Part shown: piece after piece, positions 12,011-28,697 of the stretch
How positions within the stretch are numbered: the stretch's first letter is position 1
How the letters are laid out: every line of letters starts with the position of its first letter
Assembly: GCA_964035545.1 (NCBI GenBank)
Contig: OZ037766.1
Span: forward strand, 14,436,722 to 14,500,721
DNA from: Bugula neritina
Taxonomy: Eukaryota > Animalia > Bryozoa
Direction of reading: 5' to 3'
DNA: 64,000 nt
Notes under the pieces: model-generated
Told to the model about the DNA's origin: nothing
What the model saw: the letters and a program-made list of their open reading frames with translations, nothing else
The model's database searches: none
Position numbers and translations under genes: made by a program

Positions 12011-13048
12011 TATTTTACATTTTAAAAACAAGATCACCAAAATACTTAATTTTCACTCCTGATATGTATAACTATTAACTAACACCTACATGCAGACAAC
12101 TGAAATTAAAAAGTTGATTCATACTTTTATTTAAATATATGGTATATGATAATCCGCAATAGATTAAATGAGCATAATAACTACTGTTAACAATTTACCA
12201 TTAATTGCTTCAAGATAATGTTTTATTCTTAAAGTTCCAGCAAAATAATAATATAATTATTGAGATGTTATGGTATTTTCTATTAACCCAGTAATTAGCA
12301 ACACTAGCTACAATAATTTGTAATAGTCAGCTTTAATGTAGAGAGTTTCTTTAAAATAGTGCAGAAGATATTTCCTGTAGAATCTGTAGAATATCTTTAC
12401 AACTACGATAATCTTTATAACTCATATAGAAAACAACTTCATATCTCATGCATTTCATGTAAAAGTGAAGTATTCTAAACAATTTCAACAATTGTTATAT
12501 TTCACATGTTTACAAAATATGTGTAGAGGTTGAGTTATAACAATGAGATAGTATAACTCCTAATATGGTATTACATTGCCATCAACATTCAAATGTATGG
12601 CATAATTTAACTTATGGCTTTGGAAGATAGGTAATGTATAAGTCCTGATTACTGACCGTTGTTATTTCAGTATTGCCTTATTAAAAAGTATTGTATGTGT
12701 GTTTTTTATTCTTCATGTTTTATCTTCAATCGGGTTATGAGGATTGATTCTATAGAAAACCTCTTCTATTTGTAAGTAGATTTAAGTATTTTTGAGCTGG
12801 TGTAATGGCCATCATGTAACTAATAATGGGCTTTAGTTTTATAAGCATAAATAAATAGTGTGAGTGAGCTCATATAAATATTGTATGTATTTGTCTTTTA
12901 GAAGTTTGTTTGTCACACACATTTTACTATACAATGTCTTGGAACTTTGAGAAAATTCAAAATTTCACCTCTATAAATTGCTTGAATTATAGAAATTAAC
13001 TAAGCAAAATATGTAACACTCACTATGTAGATCAACAAACAACACGCT

Positions 13049-14010
13049 ATGAGTGATTTTTCAGAGTGGTAAAATTGAAAGATGAATATCAACCTGAGAG
13101 AGAAATTATCGAGTTGAAAACAAGAGAAGGAGAAAAGGAAATGAAAAAGCTTGAGAGAGCTTAAAAAATCGAATGAAAGAAAACTTGCTGAAAAAGAGAT
13201 ACCTGGGACCAAATGACTAGTTGATGAAGCTTTGAAGGGCTATTTAACCGAGAAAGAAAAATTAGAGAAGAGAAGAGCGATGACAACATTTGAGAAAGAA
13301 AACAGAGAAAATTTAGAAGATGGAAAAAGAAAATGAAAAACCAACATGCATTATAGAAAAAAAAGAACTTTTTTTGAAAAGACAGAGGGTTAAATTGAAA
13401 CTTCAGACATTGAAGAAGGAAATAGATCAGAAAAAGTGCAAGATGAGAAAACATTTGAAGAATTAAGAACAGCAGATGGCGATCATGAAATTGCTGAGAA
13501 AGAACTTATTAAGAATGAAAACCAAATAAGAGAAGAGCTGAGAAAATAAGAATAGAAGATACGCCAGCAAAGAATGAAGAGACAGAAAAAAGAGAAACTA
13601 ATGAAGGAATAGCTATTGGAACGTAAAAAAACCAATAAGCAAATGGGAGCTCCAGAAATAAAAACAGGTAATAAGTTTGTGAAAGAAGGCAATGATTAAG
13701 GTGAGAAAACTCCTAAAATACTGATCAAGTTAGACAGCACTACAGAGGATGCGGAGAAGAAAATTTTTGAGTTAGAAAAGATAGGCATTAAGATAAACAG
13801 TATTTGGAGTTATAATAAAAAAAAACTATTGAGCAAACAGAACAAAAAGTAAAAATAGTCAAGATAGCTTGGGAAGGAGCAATCACCCAATTAAATAAAG
13901 GCTTAGAGTCGACTGGAGCTTCAATCACAGTAAGGATAATAGATTTTCTAGGAAGAGGTAAAGTTGATCAAACTGGAGAAAAATGAACAGCAATGCTAAT
14001 GTTGATGGTA
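13049..14010 (+). pseudogene. Decayed intronless Lys/Glu-rich coiled-coil ORF (possible mobile-element or viral remnant)
   Basis: About 1 kb of strongly purine-biased sequence giving stretches such as KDEYQPEREIIELKTREGEKEMKKLERA and HEIAEKELIKNENQIREELRK*E*KIRQQRMKRQKKEKLMKE*LLERKK, broken by stops and frameshifts. Confidence 0.5.
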
Positions 14011-14762
14011 ACCTAATTTTCAAAATACACACATAGTAACTCGTTTTTTAAGCACAAAGGAATATTAAATAACATCTTATTGCATGTGCTGTAACAAGAT
14101 AAACCATGGTTTTCTAAAAATATAACCATGTCTATTCTGTATATGTTGTAGAAGAAAGAGTACAAAGAGCAAACACAGATGAGCACAACTTACCTGATGG
14201 CAATACAAAACAAAGAATAATGAAGAGTTTGCTGCTGCTTTCAAGACAGTGACTAGCTTAGTTGAATTATAATTTTATGTCCCTATATCTACTTTTATTA
14301 GTAGGAAAACTAATATTCATATATGTAGTGTTCTAAAAATACATATAGAACACTAATGAAACTTTTGATGCAAAACACTAATTTTTCATTCAAGAAGCAG
14401 ATGGCCCTTATATCAATAATAACTACAAACAATATTTGATTGTCTCTGCTCCTAGTCTGAGATTAGATATAAGTTTACTTGTCATAATTTTTATCTTCAA
14501 ACTTAGTTGTAACCATTTAATAAATGTCAGCAAATCACAAATAAAATGTTAATTGCATGACCTATACAAGTTAAAAATTAGTATTACACTGTATAGGCCC
14601 TTTGTAGGCACAACAGTGTAATACTTGTGGCGAATTGAAGCTATCTCCTCATAGTTCTAGTTTGTGCAGACTATGTATATGGCAGTTTGTGTCAGGTGGT
14701 CAGAATACTGTGAGAACTCTTCATATATATAAAAGTATAAACCTTTAATTAGTGATTTATAG

Positions 14763-14978
14763 TATAAAAAAACTCGCACTAGTTTATAGTCACTATCCCT
14801 GTGAAAAACCTTGATGGAAAGTTTTTTTTAAAGTGGACTAAGGACTTATTCTTATGTGGCACAGGGGCAATCATGATTGGATGCTCTTCCTAACATCACC
14901 AATGGACTTCACTGGGGTTTTCCATCAGGGGTTTTCTCACAGGGATGGTGACTATAAACATGGACGAGTTTTTTTATA
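14763..14978. mobile_element. MITE/foldback element with ~58-bp inverted arms enclosing a SINE-body fragment
   Basis: Left arm TATAAAAAAACTCG..GTTTATAGTCACTATCCCTGTGAAAAACCTTGATGGAAA (14763-14820) pairs with 14918-14978; TA at both ends. Confidence 0.75.
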
Positions 14979-15660
14979 TATTGAAAGTTGGGTTCTGCCA
15001 ATGCTGAAGTCAGCATACATGCATCAGTATACTTGATTTAAACTCTTGCTATGCATAACTAACATTATATATAAATTGAATTTAGCTCTTTTTGTGTTAC
15101 TGTTGTATATTTGTATTTTTTTGTCCTTTTGTTTTTGTTTTTTTTTGATGGAAATAAAGAAAACAAACAAACAAACAAACATCGTTTACATGCAAGAATC
15201 GTAATTTAAAAAGTGATTGATGCTCAGTGACGATGAATAAAATAAATACTATTCCTAAATAGATTAAATGAGCATGGCTACTGACGTATGCGCCACATCA
15301 ATTTGCAATTTAATGCTTGCAAATGAAATTATACCCCCAAATACTTGGTAAATAAAAATATTATATATAATTATGGAGCTCAACTGCTTATCGCTTACTC
15401 ATAGCTGATGGCAGAAAAACTACCAGCATTTGTGAGTAACACCAGAGGCACAAATCTAAAGGAACAGTGGAGGAGTTTATTACAAACATTATTAGTAGGT
15501 TACACACATAATTATATTACATATATAACTTTTATTTATTATATGTACAGCAATTGAATACTTTACCAATTCTGATTAGTAGAAAATCGAAACCACTGAA
15601 ACACAAAACGCTACTAGGCCATAACATAAGAATCAGTCCAGATGTAAAGAAAAACAACGA

Positions 15661-17199
15661 CTATACAGGATCTTCTACAGGACGTTGTTTACATTTAGAC
15701 ATGTGAACATTAAGATATCCTTTCTGTTTGCTACCATAGCCACAGTAATGACATACATATGGTTTTTCTCCAGTATGAACACGGGTGTGTAATGTTAATT
15801 TGTCCTTACTGAAAAAAGTCTTTTCACAAAAATCACACTTGAAACGATGTATCCGCAGATGCACTGCTTTGATGTGACCACTCAATTCAGCGTAGTATTT
15901 TCCACATTCTGGGCATAGATGCTTTTTAGGAGTAACTTTTTGACATTTATTTTTTCGATGCTTGCAAAATGAACTTCTATTCTGGAATCCCTTACCACAT
16001 GTCTTGCATTTATAAGGCATGGCTCCCGTATGTGTGTTCATGTGATCAAGCATATTCCACTTAGTTCGAAACATTCTTGGACACATCTTACAAGGAACAC
16101 TTGGCGGAAAATGTGTAGCCTCGTGACAGCGAGCTTCAGACCGGTGTTTATTGAAATAACTGCATTTACTGCACTTCCACAACTTGGTGTCTGGACATCT
16201 ACTTATTAGATGACTAGCCACATGTTCTTTCAACTCAGTTTCACTTTTAAAAGTTTGACAACACACTTCACATTCGAATTCTTCAACAGGTGGAGTCGTT
16301 TCCTCTACATCATCGTTTTTATGATTATGTGGCTCAGCAGCAGAAACATAACTATTACACTGCCTGCAATAAAGAAACTTTGCAGAAAGCAATTTTTTTG
16401 TGCCTTGTCCTTCAGAATTTGGTGATGTACCAGCTGTATTTTGTTCAGGCAAAGTTTCAATGACTTGTCTCGAATTCAGAGCATCTGAACAAATCTTTTT
16501 ATGCAGTTCTAATGAATTTTTAGACATGAATACTTTATGACAATCGCTGCAGACATGAAAGCGCACAGGATTGTCATCACCGACTTGGTCATTACTGGCA
16601 GCTGCTTCTTCTTCAAAGTCACTTATACCAGATTCATCCAATACCTCTGAAACTAAAGAGTCTAAATCAAAATCGCTTAAAAAATCCTTTTCTAAATCAT
16701 CATCACTATTTTCTTCCATAGAGTTATTGCAGGAATATTCCACCGGTTCATCTTTGACATCCACCAGTTTATCTGCAAGAGTGAATCTATACATCAAATA
16801 GCCTACACAATGCTCAGCAGCCAACAGTATTCATGATCAATCCAACAAGTCAGACTGATCTTTGATTTAAATTAATAAACTTAAAAACATAAAGTTTACA
16901 ATAAAATTTATAGAACTAGAAAATAGAAAAGTTTTACCCTGTGATTCTGACTCTTGTTCAACAGCTTTAATCCGTCTACTCGCTCCACACCTAGAGCAGA
17001 ATGCTGACTGGCAACCATCAGCCCTTTTCTGCCAGAGCTTCCCACAGATATGGCATTGATTATCTGTATTGTGAGAGGTGTATAATTTATTTATTATCTC
17101 CAGAAGTGAGCGTCCACAACAGTTACAGTACAAAGGAAAGGAGCCATCCAATTCTAGTTCTACTGCTTTTTGGCAGACAGTATTGTGGCAGTTTACCAT
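15661..17199 (-). CDS. C2H2 zinc-finger protein with N-terminal double zinc ribbon-like Cys module
   Basis: Exon 17199-16938 (C-x4-C, CNCCG, CHICG, CSRCG) splices in phase 1 to 16772-15661, which has an acidic region then multiple C2H2 fingers with HTGAMPY and HTGEKPY linkers. Confidence 0.9.
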
Positions 17200-18399
17200 T
17201 TTTCATAATAGTAATAGAGGCCTAAAAAAATCAATTTCAAAATTTAGAATGGTAATATTATTCCAATTGCTTTAAGTTGAAATATAAACACATTTAAATG
17301 TGTTTTTGAATTTTGTTAAACAGTAAGTTAAATGTGAAATGTCAAAATTTAACAAATTACTATTTTAAATAACAATAACTTGACAAACAAACCAAATATC
17401 ATAAGGAGGATACTAAAAAAATTTGCAAGCTATGTATCAGTATTATGCCTAAAGTTAAATTAAATTTTTTTCAAATCTTATAAAAAACATAAATCTGTAA
17501 ATCAAAATAAAATAAATAATTTAAGCTAATACTAATAGCAATAAATATAATATTTATATTGCAATTAAATTTAATTGATGAAATTTAAATTTAAATTAAA
17601 TGCATTATGACTATTTGAATGTTGAATTACATAATAATATTGATATTTTTCATTAAATTTATTGTAGTGAAATTAGTGTGAGTTTGCTTAGCTATCTTAG
17701 CTATATTGAGAACCTACATAGAAAAGCTTTCTACAGTACAGTCAGTGCTAACTAAAACACTTCTGGCACTTGGCAATAGTTAGTGCTAGTGGACTAATTG
17801 TAATTTTAAGGGAGCAAAAATAAGTAAGTCATTTATATTAATTATATTGTTTCTTTTTTGTGGATTACAACTGCTTGTAGTTTTCATATTGTTTATATAT
17901 GTTTATGTTGAGATTATGTAAGTTTTGAATTGCAATTGCAGTCTTGACGATGTCTAATGATGTCAACCAGTGTAATGTTAGAATAATAGTATAATAAAGC
18001 ACATCAGTGAAGATTTATTGCCCAAATCACAGCCTAGTTCACTACATTTATTATATGCATACAAAATGAAAATAACTATTAGAAAAGTTTTTCTGAGAGA
18101 TGGAAGCACAACTACTAATACCGTAAGGTTAAAGTTAATGTCTTCTACAATCTATTTCTAGTGTGTGTTACTAACACTATAAGTATAATTATTACATTCA
18201 GCCTACTGTGTTACATTTAGTTTAATTATAACTTATATTGTAGGTATTGACTTTAGGCATTAAGTTCAACAGTAAAATTAAAACTAAGAGTAAAAGAAAA
18301 TGTATTCTCAGTGTGTAAGTTACTGCATTGTTAAGACTTAGACTAACTCTAAGTATAACACTAGCACCAACAGTTACAATAATATTTAAGCTTAAGCTT

Positions 18400-19200
18400 G
18401 ACCAATTTTTTTTCAGTATGACTATGACTATGACTATGAGTATCAGTATGAAATTGACTTTTAGCGACTATGACTATGATTATAAATATCAGTGTATGAC
18501 TATCACTATCACTCTATCAGTATCACAGTATGAGTATGAGAATATCTATTAGTCTATTAGTATTACTATTATTAGTGTGAGTGTATCACTATGATTATCA
18601 TTATGAATACCAGTACCGGTACGAGTAACTGTAAGACTATGTCCTAGGGCTAGAGGCTAGAGACCTAGACGGAGGCTAGACCTATGGCTATGACCATGAG
18701 CAGCAGCATGTCTAACACAGTGTTACTAATATTAACACTAGCTGTAAGAGTAAAATTAAAACTCAAACTGTATAAGTAAGTGTAACTACCAGTATCATTA
18801 CGATTATCATTATCATTATGACTGAGTATCAGACACAATGACAATCATCAACGAAAATCACGATGTATTACTATTACAGTAATACTATTAGTATTAGTAT
18901 TACATTTACTATTACTACTATTACTATTAGTATTAGTATTACTATTACTATTAGTATTAGTATTATTATCATAGTGATAGTCATAGTGATACAGTCATAC
19001 ACATACTCATACTGATACTGATAGTCATAGTGATACTCATACTGATACTCATGGTCATTCTGATAGACATAGTATCAGTATGATATTGTGATTGACTATC
19101 ACTGTGGCATCATAGTCATTAGACCTAGCAGACATATTTATACTTATACTTATAGTACTAATAGTAATAGTGACACTAATACAGTACTAGTACTAGTCGT
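18400..19200. repeat. Degenerate 6-bp-periodic low-complexity array (TATTAG/TACTAT/TATGAC/CTCATA variants)
   Basis: Directly visible hexamer periodicity; produces spurious Thr/Ile/Ser/Met dipeptide ORFs. Confidence 0.85.
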
Positions 19201-19249
19201 CCTATGGCTATAAAATATTGAAGATTCAACGTTAGCAATAGCACTAGAA

Positions 19250-19575
19250 TATAGTTAAACGCAGCAACAGGTTGGGAGTGACTGAGAACAACATTTGTAT
19301 ACACATCGTTGCCTATGGAACTCCAAGCGCAATACCCCAAATCACTACACTCCAAGCTAGTGCTGCTTCAAGCAAGTTTTTGTTGGTACAATATAAGCGC
19401 GTAGTCTGTTACTGAGCGCATGCACGCTGAAAGTGATCGTTCGTGATCTTATTTTGTTGAACACCAAATTAGACTAATAGTGATTATTATTTACTATAAT
19501 ATTATTCTATTACTGCGTTATTTGGAACTCCATCTGCAATACCAATCCAAGTCCCATAAGCTACGCCTACGGTCA
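19250..19575. promoter_or_regulatory. Candidate promoter island between two repeat arrays
   Basis: Unique sequence with more CpG than its surroundings, an NRF1-like GCGCATGCACG (~19415-19427) and an X-box-like GTTGCCTATGGAAC (19308-19321); lies between the divergently oriented zinc-finger and SerRS genes. Confidence 0.4.
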
Positions 19576-19589
19576 TGTTACTCATAAGT

Positions 19590-20430
19590 TATGACTTATA
19601 CTTATAGTTATACTTATACTTATAGTAATACTAATAGTAATACTAATAGTAATAGTATAACTATAAGTATTACTATTAGTATTACTATTACTATTAGTAT
19701 TAGTATTACTATTAGTATTACTATTAGACTTAGTATTACTATTATAATTAGTATTACTAATACTATTAGTATTAGTATTAGTATTAGTATTGCTAGTAGT
19801 AGTAGTATAACTATAAGGCTAAGTATTAGTATTACTATTAGTATTACTATTAGTATAAATAAAACTAATCCTATATTACAAGTAATAGTATGGTTAATAC
19901 TAATAGTTAAACTTAATTATATTATAATCAACTGTAAGTTTGACCCTGAAAGTTTCAGTTTGAGTATTCAATATTGACTCGCACTATCACTATGAATATG
20001 AGACTCAGACTGAGTATCAGTATGACTATGAATATCAATATGACTTATCAGTATGAGTATCACTATGAGTATCACTATCAGTATCACATTTAATCATAGT
20101 CAGTTTCACTCAAACTCAAAGTCCATCAATTACTTTTAGTGATTCACTATGAGTATCACTATCAGTATGAGCATGACCATCAAAATCAGTATTACCATCT
20201 AATTCTTGTTCTTATTATGAGTATTGCTGACCGTGATACTCATACTCATACTGATAGTATGAGTGTCACGGTCAGCAATACTCACACTGATAGTATGAGT
20301 ATTGCTGATGGTGATAATGATAGTATCAGTATGAGTATCACTATCAGACTCAGTTTCAATATGAAACTCAGACTGAGACTGAGAGTATCAGTATGACTAA
20401 TAGTAATAGCAATCACTACGAGTGTGACAT
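19590..20430. repeat. Degenerate hexamer array (AGTATT/ACTATT/AGTATG/AGACTG variants)
   Basis: Directly visible; explains ORFs 19591-19977, 20139-20396 and 20282-20479. Confidence 0.85.
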
Positions 20431-20459
20431 GGACTATGAGGATCAGGATACAGTTTAGG

Positions 20460-21360
20460 GTGCAGGTCATTTTGTACACAAGTCATTCCATACCCACTTT
20501 TCAGGTCATTTCATACACATCTGATTAGTCGTTTCTAATCATCAAAATGAGTCAACTAAAACTATATTTTTTGGATATTTTAATTTATTTATTATTTGAT
20601 GTATGAGTGATGGAGTACTGCTCACAAGTAACTTGCACATTTCATAACGGATAATATTAATAGAATAATATTAACATAAAACATTGATCAAAATAAAACC
20701 CAAAAATGGTAGCTTGTTTAATAATTATATAAAAATCAATATCAACGCATTTATTATAAGTAATTCTTACTAGATAAAACATTGATCATTGAACATAGGT
20801 GACACAATAATATAATATAAAAAAATAGAGCCTACCAAGTGAGCCCACTCCCTCAACACCTCCAACTACTCACAACCACAAACAATCCCAGGAATCAAAA
20901 TATCGAAGACAGGGAAAAAGATCCCTGTAACCCAGTACAATCTCTGGACCACAAAAAGCTCAAACCAGCAGGCTGTGAACTTTGTGATTATGCTCTTCTT
21001 TGGTTCCGCTCTTTAAAGGTTTGTGTGTATTGGAGTGACAAACTCTCCGCCTTTTATGCAACTTTTATGCAACCCTTCAGAATTCTTTCGCCTTCGTCTT
21101 TTATGCAGCGTCACTTTTATGCAAAGTTACAAACTCGGACTCAGAGCTTTGCTTTCAGTTTCTCACCCTTTATCCTGGAAGTTTTGGAACTTGACGCTTG
21201 TAGACAGGCCACAAGCACAGGAAATGTGGAAAATACATCATTCAAATGGTTATCTAGTTGATTAATTTACTAATTTACAAATGTGTTCAAAATGACCATT
21301 TTGTATAGACCTGCATATGAAGTGACAGTAACTGTGTATAACTGTATGTATTGACCACCA
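20460..21360. mobile_element. Possible non-autonomous DNA transposon remnant with subterminal repeats
   Basis: GGTCATTTTGTACACA/GGTCATTTCATACACA repeats at 20465-20520 and an inverted copy TGTGTTCAAAATGACC at ~21282-21297. Confidence 0.35.
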
Positions 21361-23375
21361 AAGACTGAAAGTGAATGAAAGAATGACATAATTATGAAAT
21401 GTTGAATTTATATAATAGTCTGAAAGTTAACTTTTTATTGTACCCAAAATAGCTGTAAATGTACATGAACTGGACCATACAAAATACAGAAAAGCATAGA
21501 ACAGCTAGCATTGCTAAAAAAAACTCCAAATATAGCGGTAATGATAATCATGATGATGTGTGCTCTTTTTTTACATATTAGCATAATCATAATGTAACAA
21601 AAGCTTTCAATGGTCTTGGAATGTCACGAAATATATTATCACCATTACTATGAGTGTGAATCATATTAATATTTATATCATATTGGTGACAGATAAATCA
21701 TAAATTTAATAATATTTTCGTTGAAGGTCCATATTTTGATATTAAGTTGAATTGATAATTATTTTGACTTTGAGAGATATTGATAGTAATGCTTATGCTG
21801 TCAGTGTGACTGAGTGTCATACACCAAAATTAAAATCACCTTGAATTTCAAGATCAATATGAAATTGAATATCTATATGAATTTGAATATTCTAAGCTCA
21901 AAGTTAATTAATCATTAATGAGTGGGAATAATAGTAATAGTAAATTAAGTAATACTATGGCCTTAAAATTAAATATCAATATGAGCATGAGTATTACAGT
22001 ATAACTCCATGAGTATCATATTCATGATCGCTGACTGTTGGAGTATTAGTATTTCTAGCAAGTTTTACTTGCTGTGGCTATCAGTACTAGTGTTGTGTTC
22101 TTGCACTTGCAAAATAAATAATTTATTGTTTAATAGGCAATACAATAAATTGCCTTGCCTTTTTGGTGTTTATATTTGTTCCGAGTATTTTGCTTTTTTT
22201 ATGTCTTGAATATGCCTAGATTGTTCAGAATTTCTGTGGTCTTCTGTTTCTAATTAGCTGTTCTATGTATATTTGCAACATATGCATCAATTAATATTGC
22301 CATAAGAGTTATATAACAGTACATAGTTTTTATTTAAATTGCTGAAGGCTTTTCTATAAAAGTTGTCAAACCTCTCATCACATCGGATTTCTCTGAGCTT
22401 CAGGTTTTAATAATTTCAACATGTCAACCCCTGCCCCAAGACCACAAAATATGAGAAAGTTGCTACAGTTGTAGAATTGTCTGAATGAAACACAAACCTT
22501 AACATTTTTAGTCATGCCATTGGCATTAATCTTGAATTGGTATTGCATACTAGTAAACATCTGATTAGTTTTGAATAAAACAATGATGTGCGGTTAAATC
22601 AAAATCTTTATACCAATAGTTTTGAATAATTATAATTAATAATATAAATACTTACCTAAACTTTTACTTTGAAAAGTATTATTATAAAAAGACTGAATTG
22701 GCATCTTATATTTTAATTGGTTCTCATTTTAAGTTATGATATTCAAACTGTGCATGGCTATTACTCTCTGGTTTATAATGATGAGTTCATTGTAATAGTA
22801 AGTTTTTATAGTAAATCACTTGATGTCATCACAAATATCGGCAAAAGTATTCAGAATTTGATTTGATCAGAATTATATTTCAATTGACAACTACCTTAAA
22901 GGAAATAATTTTGCTTCAATTTGATTAACTAATACTGTTCAAATTCAAAAATAGACTTAAGCAAAACTGGCATTCAAGTTGAATATCAGATATTTGGGTT
23001 TAGCTTTCGCAAAATATACCTGTTTTGTAGTCAGGGTCAGTATTGGACTTTTATTCATTTGTTCTATATAGTTATTGTATGTTTTAAAGTCAGGTTTAGA
23101 CTAACTTAAAATCAAATCTAATAAACTCTTAAAAATGAAATTTACTAAATTAGCATAAGTAACATACTTAAAAAAGATTAAAGCTGGTTGTGTTTTGTAA
23201 ATGTCAACACGTGAAATATATTTTGAGTGGTTGTTTTCAGTATCGTGTCATGTATTAGCATAGTATAATGTACACTTCACATAATGCCTTGATTTTTTAG
23301 TCGAAATTTTGCTTCTTGTCTGCAACTACTGTCGAAATATTTGGATTTCACCATCAATCCTCGTGAATCATCATT

Positions 23376-28312
<4,937 letters not shown>

Positions 28313-28697
28313 ATTAGTTATTTTTAAGTAATCGGTATTCATATATAACCTTCATTAAACTGTGTATAATTTAAATTTATGTGAAGTGATTTGACTGTTT
28401 TGCTTTTCAAAAAAATTTTCTACATAGCTAAATGTGCAAGAGTGAAACCAATACATATTATACACTTGGATGTTGTTTTTTGTACATAAATATAAGGAAT
28501 CATCTGCTCAATGTTTGCATTCTGATTTATTTTATACACAACATATAAAATTGAAAGCACACCACATTTTTTAGATCAAACTAAAGTTTTAGGAATTTAC
28601 ATACAAAGCTTTACAATTTTTAAATTTTGTATTTATGCTGTTCATTATATATAATAAATTGCATTTAATTCCTCCAGATCACAATTCTGATATGCAC

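Noticed and set aside
13000-13692. Three Phe/Leu/Ser-rich minus-strand ORFs resembling membrane proteins
   Set aside because: Antisense shadows of the A/G-rich decayed plus-strand ORF.
19591-19977. 128-aa Ile/Ser/Thr-repeat ORF and neighbouring dipeptide ORFs
   Set aside because: Translation artefacts of hexamer repeats; no splice signals or domain content.
20839-21261. 140-aa ORF as a protein-coding gene
   Set aside because: Non-ATG start, no recognisable domain, overlaps a repeat-bounded patch.
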